From Vicugna vicugna (taxonomy: Eukaryota): a stretch of 64,000 bases of DNA. The notes beneath the pieces were generated by a model. That model was not told the DNA's origin. It did not search any database and worked only from the letters and a program-made list of their open reading frames with translations. The stretch lies in contig MU058287.1 of assembly GCA_013265495.1 (NCBI GenBank), positions 62,001 through 126,000 on the forward strand. Direction: 5' to 3'. A program made the translations under genes and the position numbers. Positions 35,566 to 49,244 of this stretch are shown here, in pieces; position 1 is the first letter of the stretch; every line of letters begins with the position of its first letter.

Positions 35566-38269
35566 AAAGAAGTAGTAAATATTAAAGTACTGAAAGTGCA
35601 TCATTCACTATTTTTATATGCTGCTGCTGCTGCAGAAAACTTCATTTGCTTTTCAGCCAGAAATACTGCAAAGATCAAAGAGCTTTCAAAGGGATTTCTA
35701 ACTAACAATAAATACAGGTACTCTGCATAATATAGGCTTGCTACGATCTCTTACATAGAGAACTCTGTATTCTAAGCAAGACAGAGACTTTTTCAAAAGT
35801 CAATCATAGAAAAAAAATGGTAAATATAGAATAGTATGATAGATATGTGCATAAGTTATTAAGCGTAATTATAAAATAGATTTTACTACGGTTGCTTTCC
35901 ATGTCGTGTTCCTCTCCCATCCGTATTTCTGCCCCCTGCCTGGAGGTGGCTGCTGTCCTGAATTTTGTGTTTATCTTTCTCCTTTGTAAAGATAGCATGT
36001 ACGCCTAAACAATATATTGTGTTGGTTAGTTTAGCTTGATTAGGCCCTTCAAAAAAATGGTATCATTATGAGGCTTTCTCTATCCAAATAGAAATGGCAT
36101 GTTTAAGAAGCGTAAACACGACTGTACAATGAGCCATTGTGATGTTGTTTACATGTCTGTGTTTCCTATTGCCTCAGTACTGTGTAATTTGGTCTTGCAA
36201 CCAATTAGCCAATTAGGAATCGGAAGGGTGATACGTAAATGTTACTGTCTCACTGACAGGATGATTTATTAGATGCTTATATTTGAGGAATTTCACCTGT
36301 TTCGTTGTTTGGGAGGCCCAGTGCCAAACCAAAACATGCGTGTCAGGGGCAGACTGGTGGCCAGCTTTTTAAGAAAATTCAGCCCAAGTTGAACTCCCTT
36401 CAAGTACAAGTTTGTTTGTTTGCCGGTGGTGTCATACTGATTTTGAAATGGATTTACCTTTCCTTTAGCTTTGATCGGCATTGTTTAAACTTTCAGCATG
36501 CTGGGAAAAAACCCAGGGGCCCTGCTGTCACCCTCTCACTGACTATAGCTTAGTTTTTGCCACTGCTCATGCTAGGACTTTCTGTTCTTCCAGTGTCAAC
36601 TGCCAAGTGGAGCCTCTAAACTTCAGATTTACATAAAGAGGTGCTTAGAAAACTGCGTGTGCTACTCGTTAACGCTGTTTACTTTGATTTCAGAGATAAT
36701 TGGAGTTTTGTTTTCATTAAAAATATTCTTTTGACTTCAGTATTTTGTCCCAATGTGATTCGGGTAGAAAATGCTATCAATTGTTTTTTAAAAAGAAAGC
36801 AGCAGAAGAAGAAACTGACAGTTGGTCGTAACTTAATCCACAAAATAAAAAAGTAATCATTTACTTTAGAAAATAACAGGAGTCAATATTATGAAAATGT
36901 GTTACTTACGGCTTCTTAATTTTAAAAGGGCTCCCTTAATATTCTGATGTTTTTAACCTTTGTTTTAAAAGGCAAGTGATATATACATACCTTTGTAAAG
37001 ATTTTATAGGATGCTAATGGAGAATAGAATAAAATGGTCATGTTTAAAGTTTATTGCCTTACGTAATTAATTTAAGCTCACTATTATATTAGTTTTGAAT
37101 TTTATTTTGTGTTCTTTTTGTATGTATATCTTAGAAACTTTTGTTTTTCTTACAAATCTTCTTACTTATACTGATGTCAAACTGCTTTAAGCAGCAGCCA
37201 TAGGTTAAGTCTATAAAAATGAGATGCCAGGTTGATGGCTTTGATTCTTCATGTTTCTATTTTAGTGGAATAAGGTGAGAAAATATGATAGTGCGATGGC
37301 ATGCAGAGGGGCAACTGGGAGACCACCGAGCCCAAGGCTCAAAAAAGTCCTGGGGAGCATGTTTATCAATTAAAGTGCACACAGCCCTCAGGGTGGGACA
37401 TAGCACTTATTCCCAGCATTGTGTGAATTACTCTAACTAGGGAACCACCTCGTTTGCATTCTACCATCTTAGTCTAAGTTCTAGGAGATTACTGGTTAGA
37501 GGAAGGAGGAGCAAGTTGGAAGGGTTGGGGAGAGGAAGACCATGCTGAAGGGCATGAATGGAGCTTGGAACAGGGAGAAGCCTGCAGGGGCTGGAGTCTG
37601 ATGGAGGACAGCGCTGAGAGGGGGCCCTGAAAATAAGGAGAAAGAGTCCAGAACAGCTAGTCAGACAAGACTGCCATAGGAATCATCTGCTGCGACTCTT
37701 GAATTACTGCCTGAGCAAACATTTTCAGTTAGAAGAATGGCTTAAAAGATCCAGAAGATGTTAAATCTAAATTATTTCAGGTCTCTTTGGGTATTTTTTA
37801 AAGATCACACACAGAACATACCCAATGGCAGATTGCTTGTCATTGCATTATTTTTAACATTCAGAACCTTGCATGTAGAAGTGTCCTAGACAAAAAAATA
37901 GTAGTTGGTATTATTTTTCATCACCATCACACATCTTTACTTTTTGTTCTAGTTAACAGGTACCTGACTTAATAAAATACAGAAGTTAGTTATGAGCAGA
38001 GACAGATGTAGATGTGCCAAAGTCGTCATTTATATTTTTATCAAAGCGAAAACAAAACTAAAACAAGCAAACCAAGTAACTCCATACATCAGATTGCCAC
38101 TTTATTTTTTTATAATGTCCCAGAGTCCTGAAGATCTGTGTACACTTAAGCACAAAATATCTATTGTACAAATATGAGTTAGACCATTACCACTGAATCT
38201 GTACTTTTGGAAAGTGTTGCTGGAGTATGCATTTAAAATTAACACAAAGGCAATGAGAAATAGCCATCC

Positions 38270-38480
38270 TTATTAGCTGACCAACTCACTCAGCAAGCAC
38301 TTCCTGTAACCTCGCTATGTGCTGCTCTGCTAGGCTATGATAATACAGTGGTAAGTAATACACAGCCCTGCCTTCAAAAATATTGCAGCCTCGTAGGAGT
38401 GTCAGACCCAAACACATAAAACAGTGTGGAAGTACAGTGAAAGAGAGGTGGACGGGGTCTTATGAATGATTGAGAACCCC
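38270..38480 (-). mobile_element. L2 3' fragment
   Basis: 'cactcagcaagcacttcctg...ctatgtgc...ctgctaggctatgataatacagtggtaag...cagccctgccttcaa'. Confidence 0.65.
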
Positions 38481-40606
38481 ACTCCTAACAGTCACTGCTG
38501 GACTCTAAGGTGACACTTATTGGCTACGTTAAGTCCCCCCACATCAGGAGCCACACTGCTTGGGAGAACGTGTATGCCCTTCTGCCTTTGCCTGGTGAAG
38601 TGTACGGCCGTATGCAGAAGCACACTGTTTCAGCTCGTTGAGGTCTCATTTACAGCACTGAGACGGTAGATGTGATGAATACAGAAGTTTTATGAAATGA
38701 ACTACCGAACGTCCTTCTGTCTGATAAGTTCTAACCCAGAATTCTTCGCTGGAGGAGAATTGCCAGGGCCTTGGGAAGAGGTTTGGTCTCCAGCCAGGAT
38801 TCTTAGGAGTAACGGAGTGAAGAGCACTTGCCCTATCAGAACATTTGCCTTCCCTTTCTGCCCTACATGGAAGGAGCTGACATGTTTCTGACTGTTGCTG
38901 CTGCTGCCACTGGTGATGGCAGCCGTGGGGAAGACGGGAAGAGATTTCTGTTTTTATTTTAATCAACCCAGGGGTGTTCCCAGAAGCCATAAGATAAGCA
39001 AATGTGGGGTTGAGAGTTAGTCTATGCTGGTTTCTGAAAATCCTCTTTGTTGCCTTTCTAGTGCCTCCTTAGGACTTCTTTTTTTCCTTTCTTAATATAA
39101 GAGTTTTTTTTTTTTTTACAACGAATCATTCCATGGAAACAGACAAGATTCCAAAATAAAAAATACAAACATTGAAAAGGTACAGTGCTTACGGCCCTGC
39201 TATATAAAGGTTTTTGCCTTAGGTTCCTCTAATCCCTTCACAGTAATAAATGACGGACTCTGGCCTCTCTTAATTCTGAGGGTGGCGCTTCCTTCTGACC
39301 TCACTGGGGTGGAGGGATCTTTTCTCCACGAAGGCCTCTCTTCCCAGCCTGCAGATGCCATCTGTGCAGAAGGACAGTGGCCCTTTGTCTCAGCCGGGCA
39401 CTTTGTAGTTCTGAAGACCTCGGAGCGTGTGACATTTGGTTCACCGAAGACCTCATAGCTTTTCCCCAGGTGTAAGCGCTTCTGTTTTTGTTTTTCTGGG
39501 CTGCATCAGAGAAGAAACCATAGAAGCTGTAGAAGAGCCTGGGTGTGTCCCACGGCTCTCGCTAGTGGGCCTGGAAGTAAACTCCAGAATTGGGGATGTT
39601 TATCCTGGGCAGAAAATGGCATATTCGCAATTTAGCTCAGCTAATGTAGGATTCTCACTGTGCCTCAGCCCATCACCACATTTCCATATTTTTACAAAAT
39701 TTTGTTTAGAAAAAAAGAACACATGGCACAGACCAACAAGACCGTAGCAGAACGCTGAAGGTGTGGTCAAGCTAGGGTAACATAGGTGGTTAGTGCAGCA
39801 TCCCAGGCCAAGAAAGCCAGATAAACCAAAGGAATTTGACTGACCGCAGAGAGAAGTCAGGACAACATGAAGAGTGAGGGGTACTGAGCTGCATTTGAGG
39901 GGAACAGGCAGAGCCCTGGGGGCATTCAGAAGGGGCCTGGGAGTGAGTCATCGCTAAGGCGAAGCGGCTGCTGAAGCCGGAGGGGTGAGCGAAGAGACCG
40001 TAGACCTTCAGAGTTAAAAACCAGGGAGCCAGAGATCTGTTGTGTGTTGAAATTTTGATATCGCTTACATCCCTAAGCCTGAAATACTTGTCTAGGAGTT
40101 GATAGCAGGACTGCTTCCTCGAGTTGACTGTAATCACTATGAAGTGTCAGTTTTACTGAGAAAAAAGTGTCGAACGATGCCAGTATTCTTCCCACAGCTC
40201 CAGAAAAAAAATGTGTCCACAAGCACAATTCTATCCTTGAACTGGCAACACAGGCAAAATGGGTTGTTTTCTGGAGGGGAACATATTACTGAGTTCTCTG
40301 ATTTGTTTTCTGAAGCTTCCGTAGCCTGGGTTCAGATATGGGGCTTTGCCTTGGAAGCGAAGTAGAACACAAGGACCTTCACACCGCTGTCCAGCTGTGG
40401 TGCGCCTCAGCCGCCGGACCTCCCGTTCCTGAGACTTCAGCTCTGCAGGCAGCCAGCCCCCCACAGGGCAGGTGGTAGGAAAGGGGACTGACTCTTGGAA
40501 TCTGGTGGTAGGAATGGAGGCCACTATGGAAATGGTAGCTTTTCAACAAGAATTCCCAAAGTCTGATGATTGACTACGGTGAAGTTGAATGCCTTTGTTT
40601 TAGTAC

Positions 40607-41898
40607 TGTTATGGATTGAATTGTGTCCCCCCAAATTCTTATGTCAAAATCCTAACCCCTAGTACCTGAGAATATAACTTTATTTAGAAACACGTCCTGG
40701 CAGATGTAATTAGTTGAGATCATAATGGCATAGGGCGGGCCCCTAATCCAGTGTAACTGGCATCCTTATAAAAAGGGAGAATTTGGCACAGACACCCACA
40801 GGGAGAGTGCCATGTGAAGATGAAGGCAGAGCTAGGGGGGATGCATCTATAGCCAACAAACGCCAGAGATTGCCAGGAAGCCCCCGTAGGCAGGGGGAGG
40901 AGCACGGTAGTTTCCCCTCACAGCTCTCAGGGAACCAGTCTACTGACGCCTTGATCCCAGACTTCCAGCCTTCATTTTTTTTTCCTACTGTCCCTACAGG
41001 AATTTTTATTGAAATAATATGGAATTTTACATACAAATTATTTTCATAAACTCTTTATGTTTTGGAACTTGTATTTTTAAAACTTTTTATACATTTACTT
41101 TGCTTTATACCTATATTTATTGTAATTATTTACACAGTAGATTGTTATATTTCTTGTTATTCTCTTTGTGGTTTCCTCTCCCTTGAATCCTTCACTTTGA
41201 TTCATTTGTTGGTGATAGAGCTACCTCTTCAAGCAAGTGTTTTTGGTGGATGGGTGGACTTGTATGCATAAGATGGGTACTTCAATTCCTGTAATATCTA
41301 AAATGTCTTTCTGTTGCTGTCACAGCTGAATAGCACTATTTAGTGTAGAATTTTTTGTTTATAATCCTCCCCTTCAAAATCCTAAAGATTTTTGTTTGTT
41401 TTAATTGAGGTAATTTAGTTGATTTATATTATTGTTTTAGTTTCAAGTGTATAGAAGAGCAATTCAGTTATACATAGATATATGTATATATCTATATTCT
41501 TTTTCAGTTCTCTTCTATTATAGTTTATTACAAGATATTGAATATCATTCCCTGTGCTATACAGTAGGAACTTGTTGTTTATCTATTTTTTTATATAGCA
41601 GTGTGCATCTGTTAATCCCATACCCCTAATTTATCCCTCCCCGGCCCCTTCTCCTTTGATAACCATAAGTTTGTTTTCTATGTCTTTGAGTCTGTTTCTG
41701 TTTTGTGAATAAGTTCATTTGTACTATTTTTTAGATTCCACATTTAAGTGGTATTACATAGCATTTGTCTTTTTCTGTCAGACTTGCTTTACTTTAGTGT
41801 GATCATTTCTTTTGTCAGAATTCTAGCTTTTAGAACTGTGAGACAATATATTTCTGTTGTTTAAACCATTCAGTTTGGGGGACTAGAAAACAAATTCA
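40607..41898 (+). mobile_element. MaLR LTR (MLT1B/C-like) split by an ~840-bp insertion
   Basis: Starts 'tgttatggattgaattgtgtcccc', breaks at ~40972, and resumes at ~41816 with 'agaactgtgagacaatatatttctgttgtttaa'. Confidence 0.88.
41390..41810 (-). mobile_element. Lineage-specific L1 3' UTR fragment
   Basis: Same 3' UTR family as 32450-32830 and 50744-51140 ('caagatattgaatatcattccctgtgctatacagtagg'). Confidence 0.88.
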
Positions 41899-41899
41899 T

Positions 41900-42052
41900 G
41901 TATTTTTGTTTGTTGTCTGTCTCTTCCAATTCACCCTGCATTCTCAGAGGTCAAGGACTCCATCCTGGTCATTTCCAAATCCTCATCCCGTAGGACAGTG
42001 TCAGGACACTTAGGGGAGCCCCCAAATATTTATTGAATAAATAAGTAAATAT
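41900..42052 (+). mobile_element. L2 3' end
   Basis: 'aggacagtgtcaggacacttagg...aaatatttattgaataaataagtaaat'. Confidence 0.7.
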
Positions 42053-43967
42053 GCTGGTTTCTACCAATAAACACTTGGATATCTCTCAATTAGGAAAGTA
42101 TATATTCTGTTCTCCCAATTCTCAAACGTATTCCAGTTGAGTGATTTTTGACCCTCAGGGTGGCTTCCTTCAACTGCTGCTGCTTCTCCCCTGATCCTAC
42201 CACTCCACTTCATTTAGGTCTTTCTGTATTGAAAAAGTTAAACATAACAATTTTCATAGATTCTACAGACAAGTGCAAATTTTATACCACTGTCCTAGGA
42301 AAGCCTTCATTTGCAATAAAATTTGTATAGGTTGTATCAAACTTTTGGTTAAGATTTTTTTTTGAGGGGAAAGAAGCAACTTTTTAATTGATGGACAAAT
42401 AAAGTCAAGGATTCATTTTAATACAAAGATGCCTACACATTGTAGAGATGAGTAAATAACATATGTGGGCAATTTATTTAGACAGAGCAAAGTGATAACT
42501 TATCCAAAACATTACCCTAGATGCAGTCATCTGTCATCTGGATTGTGGAAACTAGCTCTACAAAATTCTAGTGATATGTGAGTGATCCGAGATATTTTTG
42601 AACTAGAAGTGAAAACGTAGGTCCCTAAAAGTAAAAAGGAAAACGTCCCCCCTAAATGCAGGCAATGGAGAATATGCCAGCTGGCCTTATGTGGAAAACT
42701 CGTCATCTGTTTACTTGCCTTTTAGCCTTTGTACCAAGTGGTTGGGAAGCGGTGTGGGAAGGAGGGGAGCCTTACTGGAGACTCCGAAGGAGATGTGAGG
42801 ACTTAGAAGGACACGGGAAAGGAGGGAGGAATTCTGAGTCAGAGCTGGAAGGGATATCTTCTATAATACTGATGCTTGGGACTTCCAAGTTACAACTTTC
42901 TTCTGAAAACTTGGAACTCACTGAAATATCCTTATACCATGATAACCTGGAAACACTTTTAACGTAGTATCTTTTGTGTATTTCAGTTCCTGTAGTTCTT
43001 TGTGTTTGATTGGTTGTGTTTCTTCTAAAAGAGGAAAACGAAGAATAAACACTTTCACTAAGTGCCTGGTCCAGTTAAACAGATGATGGACAGCACGGTT
43101 TTACATCAAACTTCCCTCTGAAAATTCATTTGCTTGAATTATCACTGTTTTAACTGGAGTTATAGGTTTTGCCTAACTGTTTAGACTTGTCAAAATGACT
43201 GCACAAAAGCTTTTATGCTGAATTATGTCTCTCAATGTACAGTTAAGTAAAAAGTATTTTCGGAGTACAGGGAAGGTCATATCCTATGTGGTCGGAGGTG
43301 ACCCTGGTGGCTTTTCGCTCCTGCGTTTACTGCGTAAGATTACTTACTGTAGCGTGAATTAGAGGCACTAGACTGAAATCTGTTTTAAAAACATTGCACA
43401 CTTACTCTACTAAAAATGGTAAGGTAAAAATTTTCTTTAGGACGTCCTACTTGCTGCATGGCATTTAAGGAACATTTGCTCAACTTAAGACAGTATCTTG
43501 AGAAACCTAAAACCAAGCGAAAAGACTTGGAAGGAAATGCATCTTCTGACCGTGTTGGTCAGATGTTTGTTGTGTCCGAAAGTGCAACGAGCGAAACAGA
43601 GCTCCTTGCCTTTCCTTTTCCCTGATCTAACCTCTGTTTCTAGCAGTGAAAAACAGAAGGGCAGTTTGCAGCTCAGAGAATTCTCTCACTTAACAACCTC
43701 AGCTGGATGGGGCCCAGAATCTGGCTGTGGTGTATAAAATTACACTTTTAACTGTACGTGAGGATATTAACACTTGCCTTTGCCAGTTTCAGACAGGCAC
43801 ATGTATATGTGGTGTACACGTAGGTATTTAGCTTGCTAAGATAGTTACTGTTAGAAATGCCTTTTAAACCCCTGGACTATAGGTGTATTGGTGTGGAGTA
43901 CCATAAATGAGCCCACCTCCTTACTCTGTCCCATTTATTTATAAATTTACTTATTCACTCACTCACG

Positions 43968-44006
43968 TATGTATGTATGTATGTATGTATCTATCTATCT
44001 ATCTGT
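43968..44006. repeat. (TATG)n(TATC)n compound microsatellite
   Basis: Read directly; lies at the tail of the adjacent L1 fragment. Confidence 0.85.
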
Positions 44007-44009
44007 CTT

Positions 44010-44740
44010 CTAAGCACAACAGATACACTGAGAAGTACATAGATCTTACATGAGTAGCTCAAAAAACTTTTACAAAGGGAGCATATCTGTGTAACCGCCA
44101 CCCAGATCAAGATATCAGACGCCAGCACCCCAGAAGCCACCCTGTGTCCCCTCCATGCCATCCCCCGCTCAGAGGTAATCACTATTTTGGCCTCTATCAC
44201 TACAGACTAGGCTGCCTCTTCTTGGTTTCTGTAGAGGTGGAATCCCCCACTTGCACTGAGTGTTTTTGTTTTTTGGTCCAGCTTCTTTAGCTCAGTCTTG
44301 TGTCTGTGTGGTTCATCTGTGTGTTCGCACATAGCAGTAATTTCTTCGTTTTCATTGCTCTGTAGGATTCCATTTTGTGTATTTTAAAATTTACTTTCCA
44401 TTCAAAATTTACTGATGCACTTTTGGGTTATTTTCAGTTTTTAGACATTAAGAATAATGCATCTCTGAACATGCGGGTATATATGTTTGGGGCACATGTA
44501 ATGTCTGTCTAGGAATAGAATTACTTGTCAACTTTTACACACACAAAAAAATAGATTATTAATTGAAATAGCATTGCATCTGTAATGAATTTAGGGAGAA
44601 TTCACATTTTGCAATATTGTACCTTCCAGGAATGCAGTCTATTCCTCCATTTCTTTAGGGATCCTTTCATGTTATCTCAGTAAAGTTTTCTGTTTTTTCT
44701 ATGTGGCGGTCTTGTGCATCTTTCATTAGCTTTATTCCTC
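44010..44740 (-). mobile_element. Old L1M 3'-end fragment(s)
   Basis: 'tgtgtaaccgccacccagatcaagatatcagac...caccccagaagcc...agaggtaatcactatt'. Confidence 0.75.
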
Positions 44741-45369
44741 CTGGTGTGCCCTCTTTTTAGTAGAGAGCTGCTTCTAGTTTGTATAGAGGCAAATCTTCTG
44801 TTAGACTCACATCCTTAAACAAGATATTACAGAGAAACTATTTTGAAACCGAGGAGAGGAAGTGCCCTTGTGCCGTGAGGAGGAGGTGTGGGGTTTTTTC
44901 CTGTTGTTGGTTTGAGGTAGGTGAGATGCAGTATGTCTTGTCCAGATGGAATCTCTGGAATATCCTTAAAAGCAGCAGATGGGTGTGGGAAGAACGACAG
45001 AGAATATTGAGAAGCAAACTGACTTACTGCCTTGGGTAACTGCATAGTTGAATGAAGAAACCAATGCATATTTTTGAGTATCTGAACCACATTCGTTGAC
45101 GTGAAACAGATGCCCATTCTAAACAAATAGATTATATCCTGGACCTATCTTCCTAAACCTTTAACTTGCCTTCACCCGTCACTGGAGATTAAATGGTCTA
45201 CAATTAATGACCAAAATATTATCAGGGTGACTGAGTCAGGGATAAATTTGTTGGATTTACCATCAAATGGATTTCTCATTAAATATGAAAAAAATCTTCA
45301 CAATTTAATAAGCCATGCATGAGTCAGTGAGAGCATACTGTTTCAGAGCTGAAGTCACTTGGAATTCCC

Positions 45370-46635
45370 TCTAGTTACTGCTCTATTTTTCTTCCCTTCC
45401 CTTTATGAAAATTTCTTATTCACTGGCTCCAACTCACTTCTCCCACTGGCTTCTGACTCCTTAAGTCCATTGAAATTGCTCTTACCTTCAAGACGCAACA
45501 CCTCCTCCTTGTCAGAGTCAGTGAAAACATTTGTACTTCTCCAGCTTCTTTTCAACATCTGAGGTTATTGAAATGCTCCTTCTTCGTGGAACTGTTCTTT
45601 CCTGGCTTCTACGACGTGCACTGTCCTCTCCTGGTCTGTGTCCTCCCTCCCAGACACTCTTCCTCGGGCCATTTCCCAGGCCCTCTTCATCCCGTCAGTG
45701 TTGGAACTGCGCACAGCCAGCTTCTGCCTCGTTTGCTCACTGTGAGCTCCCGTTTCAGTGGAACGCGTTCCCCCCGTGGCCTCATGGATGAATCAGTATT
45801 CTGATGTTTTCGAAGGCTGTCTTGAAATAGCCTATGCTACAAGCACCTCTGTCGAACAACTCATTGGACTTCTCCATCTCAGGGCCTCAGTGACACCTTA
45901 AAATTAACGTGTCAGAAAAGGAAACTTTGTCACATGCTCTGCGTCTTGGTGAGGCCCCCTTCCCAGGAGGCCTGCAGCTGGGAAGTGGTTATTGACTCTC
46001 TTTTCTCCTTCGTTCTCCACGTCCAGTGACGACATCCTGGTGAGGCTTCCTCCTTAGCATCCTTGGTGTCCTCCAGCCGGTCTCCTTGCTGGCTCCTCTG
46101 CCTTCACCATCCTCACACTCCAATCTCGTATCTGCTCTCAGCGCAAACTTTCCTAACGGTGCTACTCCTCTCCTTAGAATTGTAAGATGGTTCTGTTTTC
46201 CCTGTGACAGAAAGGCCAAACCCCTCACCATGGTTTTCTAAACCTAACCATACTGGCCCCCCTCCCTGCTTCTCTTGTCTCATCTCCTGATGTGACCCCT
46301 TCACCCCGTGACGTGCCTGTTCTCCAGAACTGCTTGCTGCTCCTGCCATCTCTCTTCAGGAGCTTTCCCTTCAGAAGTGCTGCTGCTTCTGCTCAGAACA
46401 GGCCCACCACTCACCCTCCTCCTGAGGACTGCCTCCGACTCATTCTCCAGAACTCAACTCAGACACGACCTCAGATGAGAGGCCCAGTCTCATCCCTGCC
46501 CACCAGGCCAGCTTCTGTTGTATTGCATTGTGTTTATTTAGTTTGACCCCCCAACTCTGAACCTCTCGAAGGCAAGGAACACGTCTTTCATGTTGGTGTT
46601 CTCCCTCCATGATTGCTTTTACACCTGGGCACTGC
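45370..46635 (+). mobile_element. L2 LINE fragment
   Basis: Pyrimidine-rich L2 motifs ending 'gaaggcaaggaacacgtctt...acacctgggcac'. Confidence 0.75.
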
Positions 46636-46860
46636 ATTAGGTCTGGGGATGCAAAGATGAATAAGACATCATCTCTGCCTGTGGGACTCTCACAGTATAA
46701 AGGTGAAACAGAAACGTCAACAGATAATTATTGTACAATTTGATGAGTGCCCCAATACAGGTATTTTTAAAACATGGAAGAAGCAGCACCTGATCCTGGG
46801 TCTGAGAGAGCTCTATTAAAGTGTGCACAAGGGAGCTCTAGAGAAATGATGTGCGAAGAA
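46636..46860 (-). mobile_element. L2 fragment, opposite orientation
   Basis: 'aggtctggggatgcaaagatgaataagacatcatctctgcc...ctcacagt'. Confidence 0.65.
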
Positions 46861-47469
46861 GTAATCCTCCGAGTAAAGATCATCTTAGGAAAATTCGTGG
46901 CAACCCTGTAGCCAGTGTTACCAGTTGCTCCCCAGAGATTGTTCCCTCAGATCTCCAGATGCAAAGAACTGTACAGGATCTAAAATATTTACAGATGATA
47001 CCTGAACACATAAATATTGTGAGGTTCTGATGGAGAGATATATGCATTAAGCTTAGTGGAGATTTGAAAGAATCAGCATCTTATTTTGTGTGCCCAGGAG
47101 CTCTCTAACCAAAATCCTAACCCTAACTGGGACAAAAGTCCACCCCAACGTAAATATTTCCCTTTGCAGTGAATGAGAAGAGCCTGAAGTCCTGAAAGGC
47201 TCAATCCAGTTCTTTTTTGGATATAATGTTAAATCCCAGAAACAGTCCAGCAAAGCGGATCTTTACGTTTTGATTTCTGTCTGTCCACATCCCAGGAAAG
47301 GACACCTCACAGTTGAGAGCCATTTCACAGGTTTTTCTACCAGGCCCGGGGGGTGCAATTTAGGATGAACAGACACTGTAGCACTCAGAGAAGGAAGCCC
47401 ATTTCATCTAGACCAAGATAATCTAGTCTGTCTACAGGACTGTCTACAGGAAGGACCCGTTCTGGTGCC

Positions 47470-47615
47470 TGTAGACCGAGGGACCATGACTGAACTTCAA
47501 GGGGATTGGAGAGTCCCTGAAACTCCATGCAAAATTGAGGATGTGTGCACAGAGGGAGAAAGGCCAGGGTTTTCATATTACCCTTGAAGGTCTTGTAACT
47601 CAAAGAACCGCCAGT
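47470..47615. mobile_element. Probable hAT-Charlie-type MITE fragment
   Basis: 'ccctgaaactccatgcaaaatt...gtgtgcac...gggagaaaggccagggttttcat' resembles small Charlie derivatives. Confidence 0.45.
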
Positions 47616-47629
47616 CTGCACCATTTGAT

Positions 47630-48200
47630 TTTTGTTCATTATGTTTATTCATGTTGTTAGTCATTTATTGAGAATCCAGGTCATAGGCGTTTTGCTCAAT
47701 GCTGACTTACTGTTCTGATGTGTGTTGCAGTGATGCATGGAATGGTTCAAATGCAAGTCAAGAGCCTAGTTTCAGGTGCTTCCAGGTACAAGAACTCGTT
47801 TAGTCTTCACAGTAAACCTGTTTGGTAAATATTCTCATGACCATTTTACCAAAGAGGAAACTGAAGTTCAGAGTGTAAAAAGAACTTTCCTAAAAACAGC
47901 TGAGTACTCAACCAGGTGAACTGGACCTAAGAATCTAGAGATGAATAGAACATTCTGCTCCTTAGGAAGCTCACAATCTTCTAGGGCAGCCAGACAGAAA
48001 TGGACACCTAATTATAGGGACATAAGTGCAAGGATGGATGAATATATAATATGAAACCTTGGCGCCAAGGTGCATGTCATCACTCCAGCTGTGCTTTGTG
48101 AAGGAGAGAGGGGAGCTGGATCTTGAAGGGTGAGTAACAGTGGACTAGGTGAAATTAAAAAGCATACCCAGTTGATGTAAAAGCATTTGCAAAACACAGA
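47630..48200 (-). mobile_element. L2 and MIR fragments
   Basis: MIR antisense 'ccattttaccaaagaggaaactgaagttcagag' and L2 antisense 'gatgaatagaacattctgctccttaggaagctcacaatc'. Confidence 0.65.
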
Positions 48201-49244
48201 CACGTGAGCTAGTCTTTGCTTGTGATAAAATGATAGTGCTTTGGAACGTTGAGCACATAAATAAATAAATACCAGAGCTTAGAAAAAGATGTGTCAGAGA
48301 ACCAGCTTCTGCCCTGTATGTTTCCACATACATTAACAATCTACAGTTCCCTTGCAGAAAGTAGCCCAGGTATATACGTAGCCACCGTTTAAAAATACTT
48401 TTTTAGATTTTTTCCCCCAAAGCTAATTCAGTTGGTGTGTCCCTCGCACTGTGAGAAGTACTAGCATAATTTGTTGATTCTGTGAATTCTCTTAGGACAG
48501 AGAAACACTGTCAGCATTCTCTAACCCAGTATGAGTACAAACCAAATCCCAGCCCAACAACTAACCCAACAGACGTGAAACTGCTTCAACTACTTCATGG
48601 CCCTGAATAGCAGGTAGGTTAATAGAAAGTATATCTTCAAGCTGAGCTATCAAAATACATCTCTGTTTTCAAAAATCTTACGGGGTAGTTAAATTTAATG
48701 CTTTTTTTTTTTCCTCCTGAAAAAAGAAGCATAGATAGTTAAAACAATGCTAGACATTTCCTGTGAGAACCTTTGACATAATTAGTTTATTTGTTACTTG
48801 CTGTTTTCATTACAAGTTTTCAACAAGTTCTCAGAAATGTGAATGGAAAACGTCTCAGATTCCACTTTAAAATATGTGGGAAAGAAAAGGCACAAAGGTG
48901 GATGTGGTGGCAAGAAGAGGAGACTATGGGCAGCTATGAGGCCAGCACGATTTTTACTTCATTACCAATTAGACATAGTGATTTATAATTTGAATAAAAT
49001 GTTCAGGTTGTAAGTGTAAGTGCATATTTTTCCACTTGAAAAAGTCAGTTAAACTATGATAAAATTTTCAACGGATGTCAGCTGACTGGTCCTCAATCAC
49101 TAGAAAACAGGATCACGGCATTCTGGGTACCGTTAGAGTGTCATGTGCATCAGATGCTGCAAGTATACTGGCTAAAAGCTATATTTTTAGATTATTATTT
49201 CTTTGTATGTTTTACATAAACATGAGATCATGCTCTATACCAAA

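Noticed and set aside
47947..47961. Androgen-response-element-like AGAACAttcTGCTCC
   Set aside because: Two mismatches to AGAACAnnnTGTTCT, inside an L2 fragment. Such matches are expected by chance in 64 kb; ChIP evidence would be needed.
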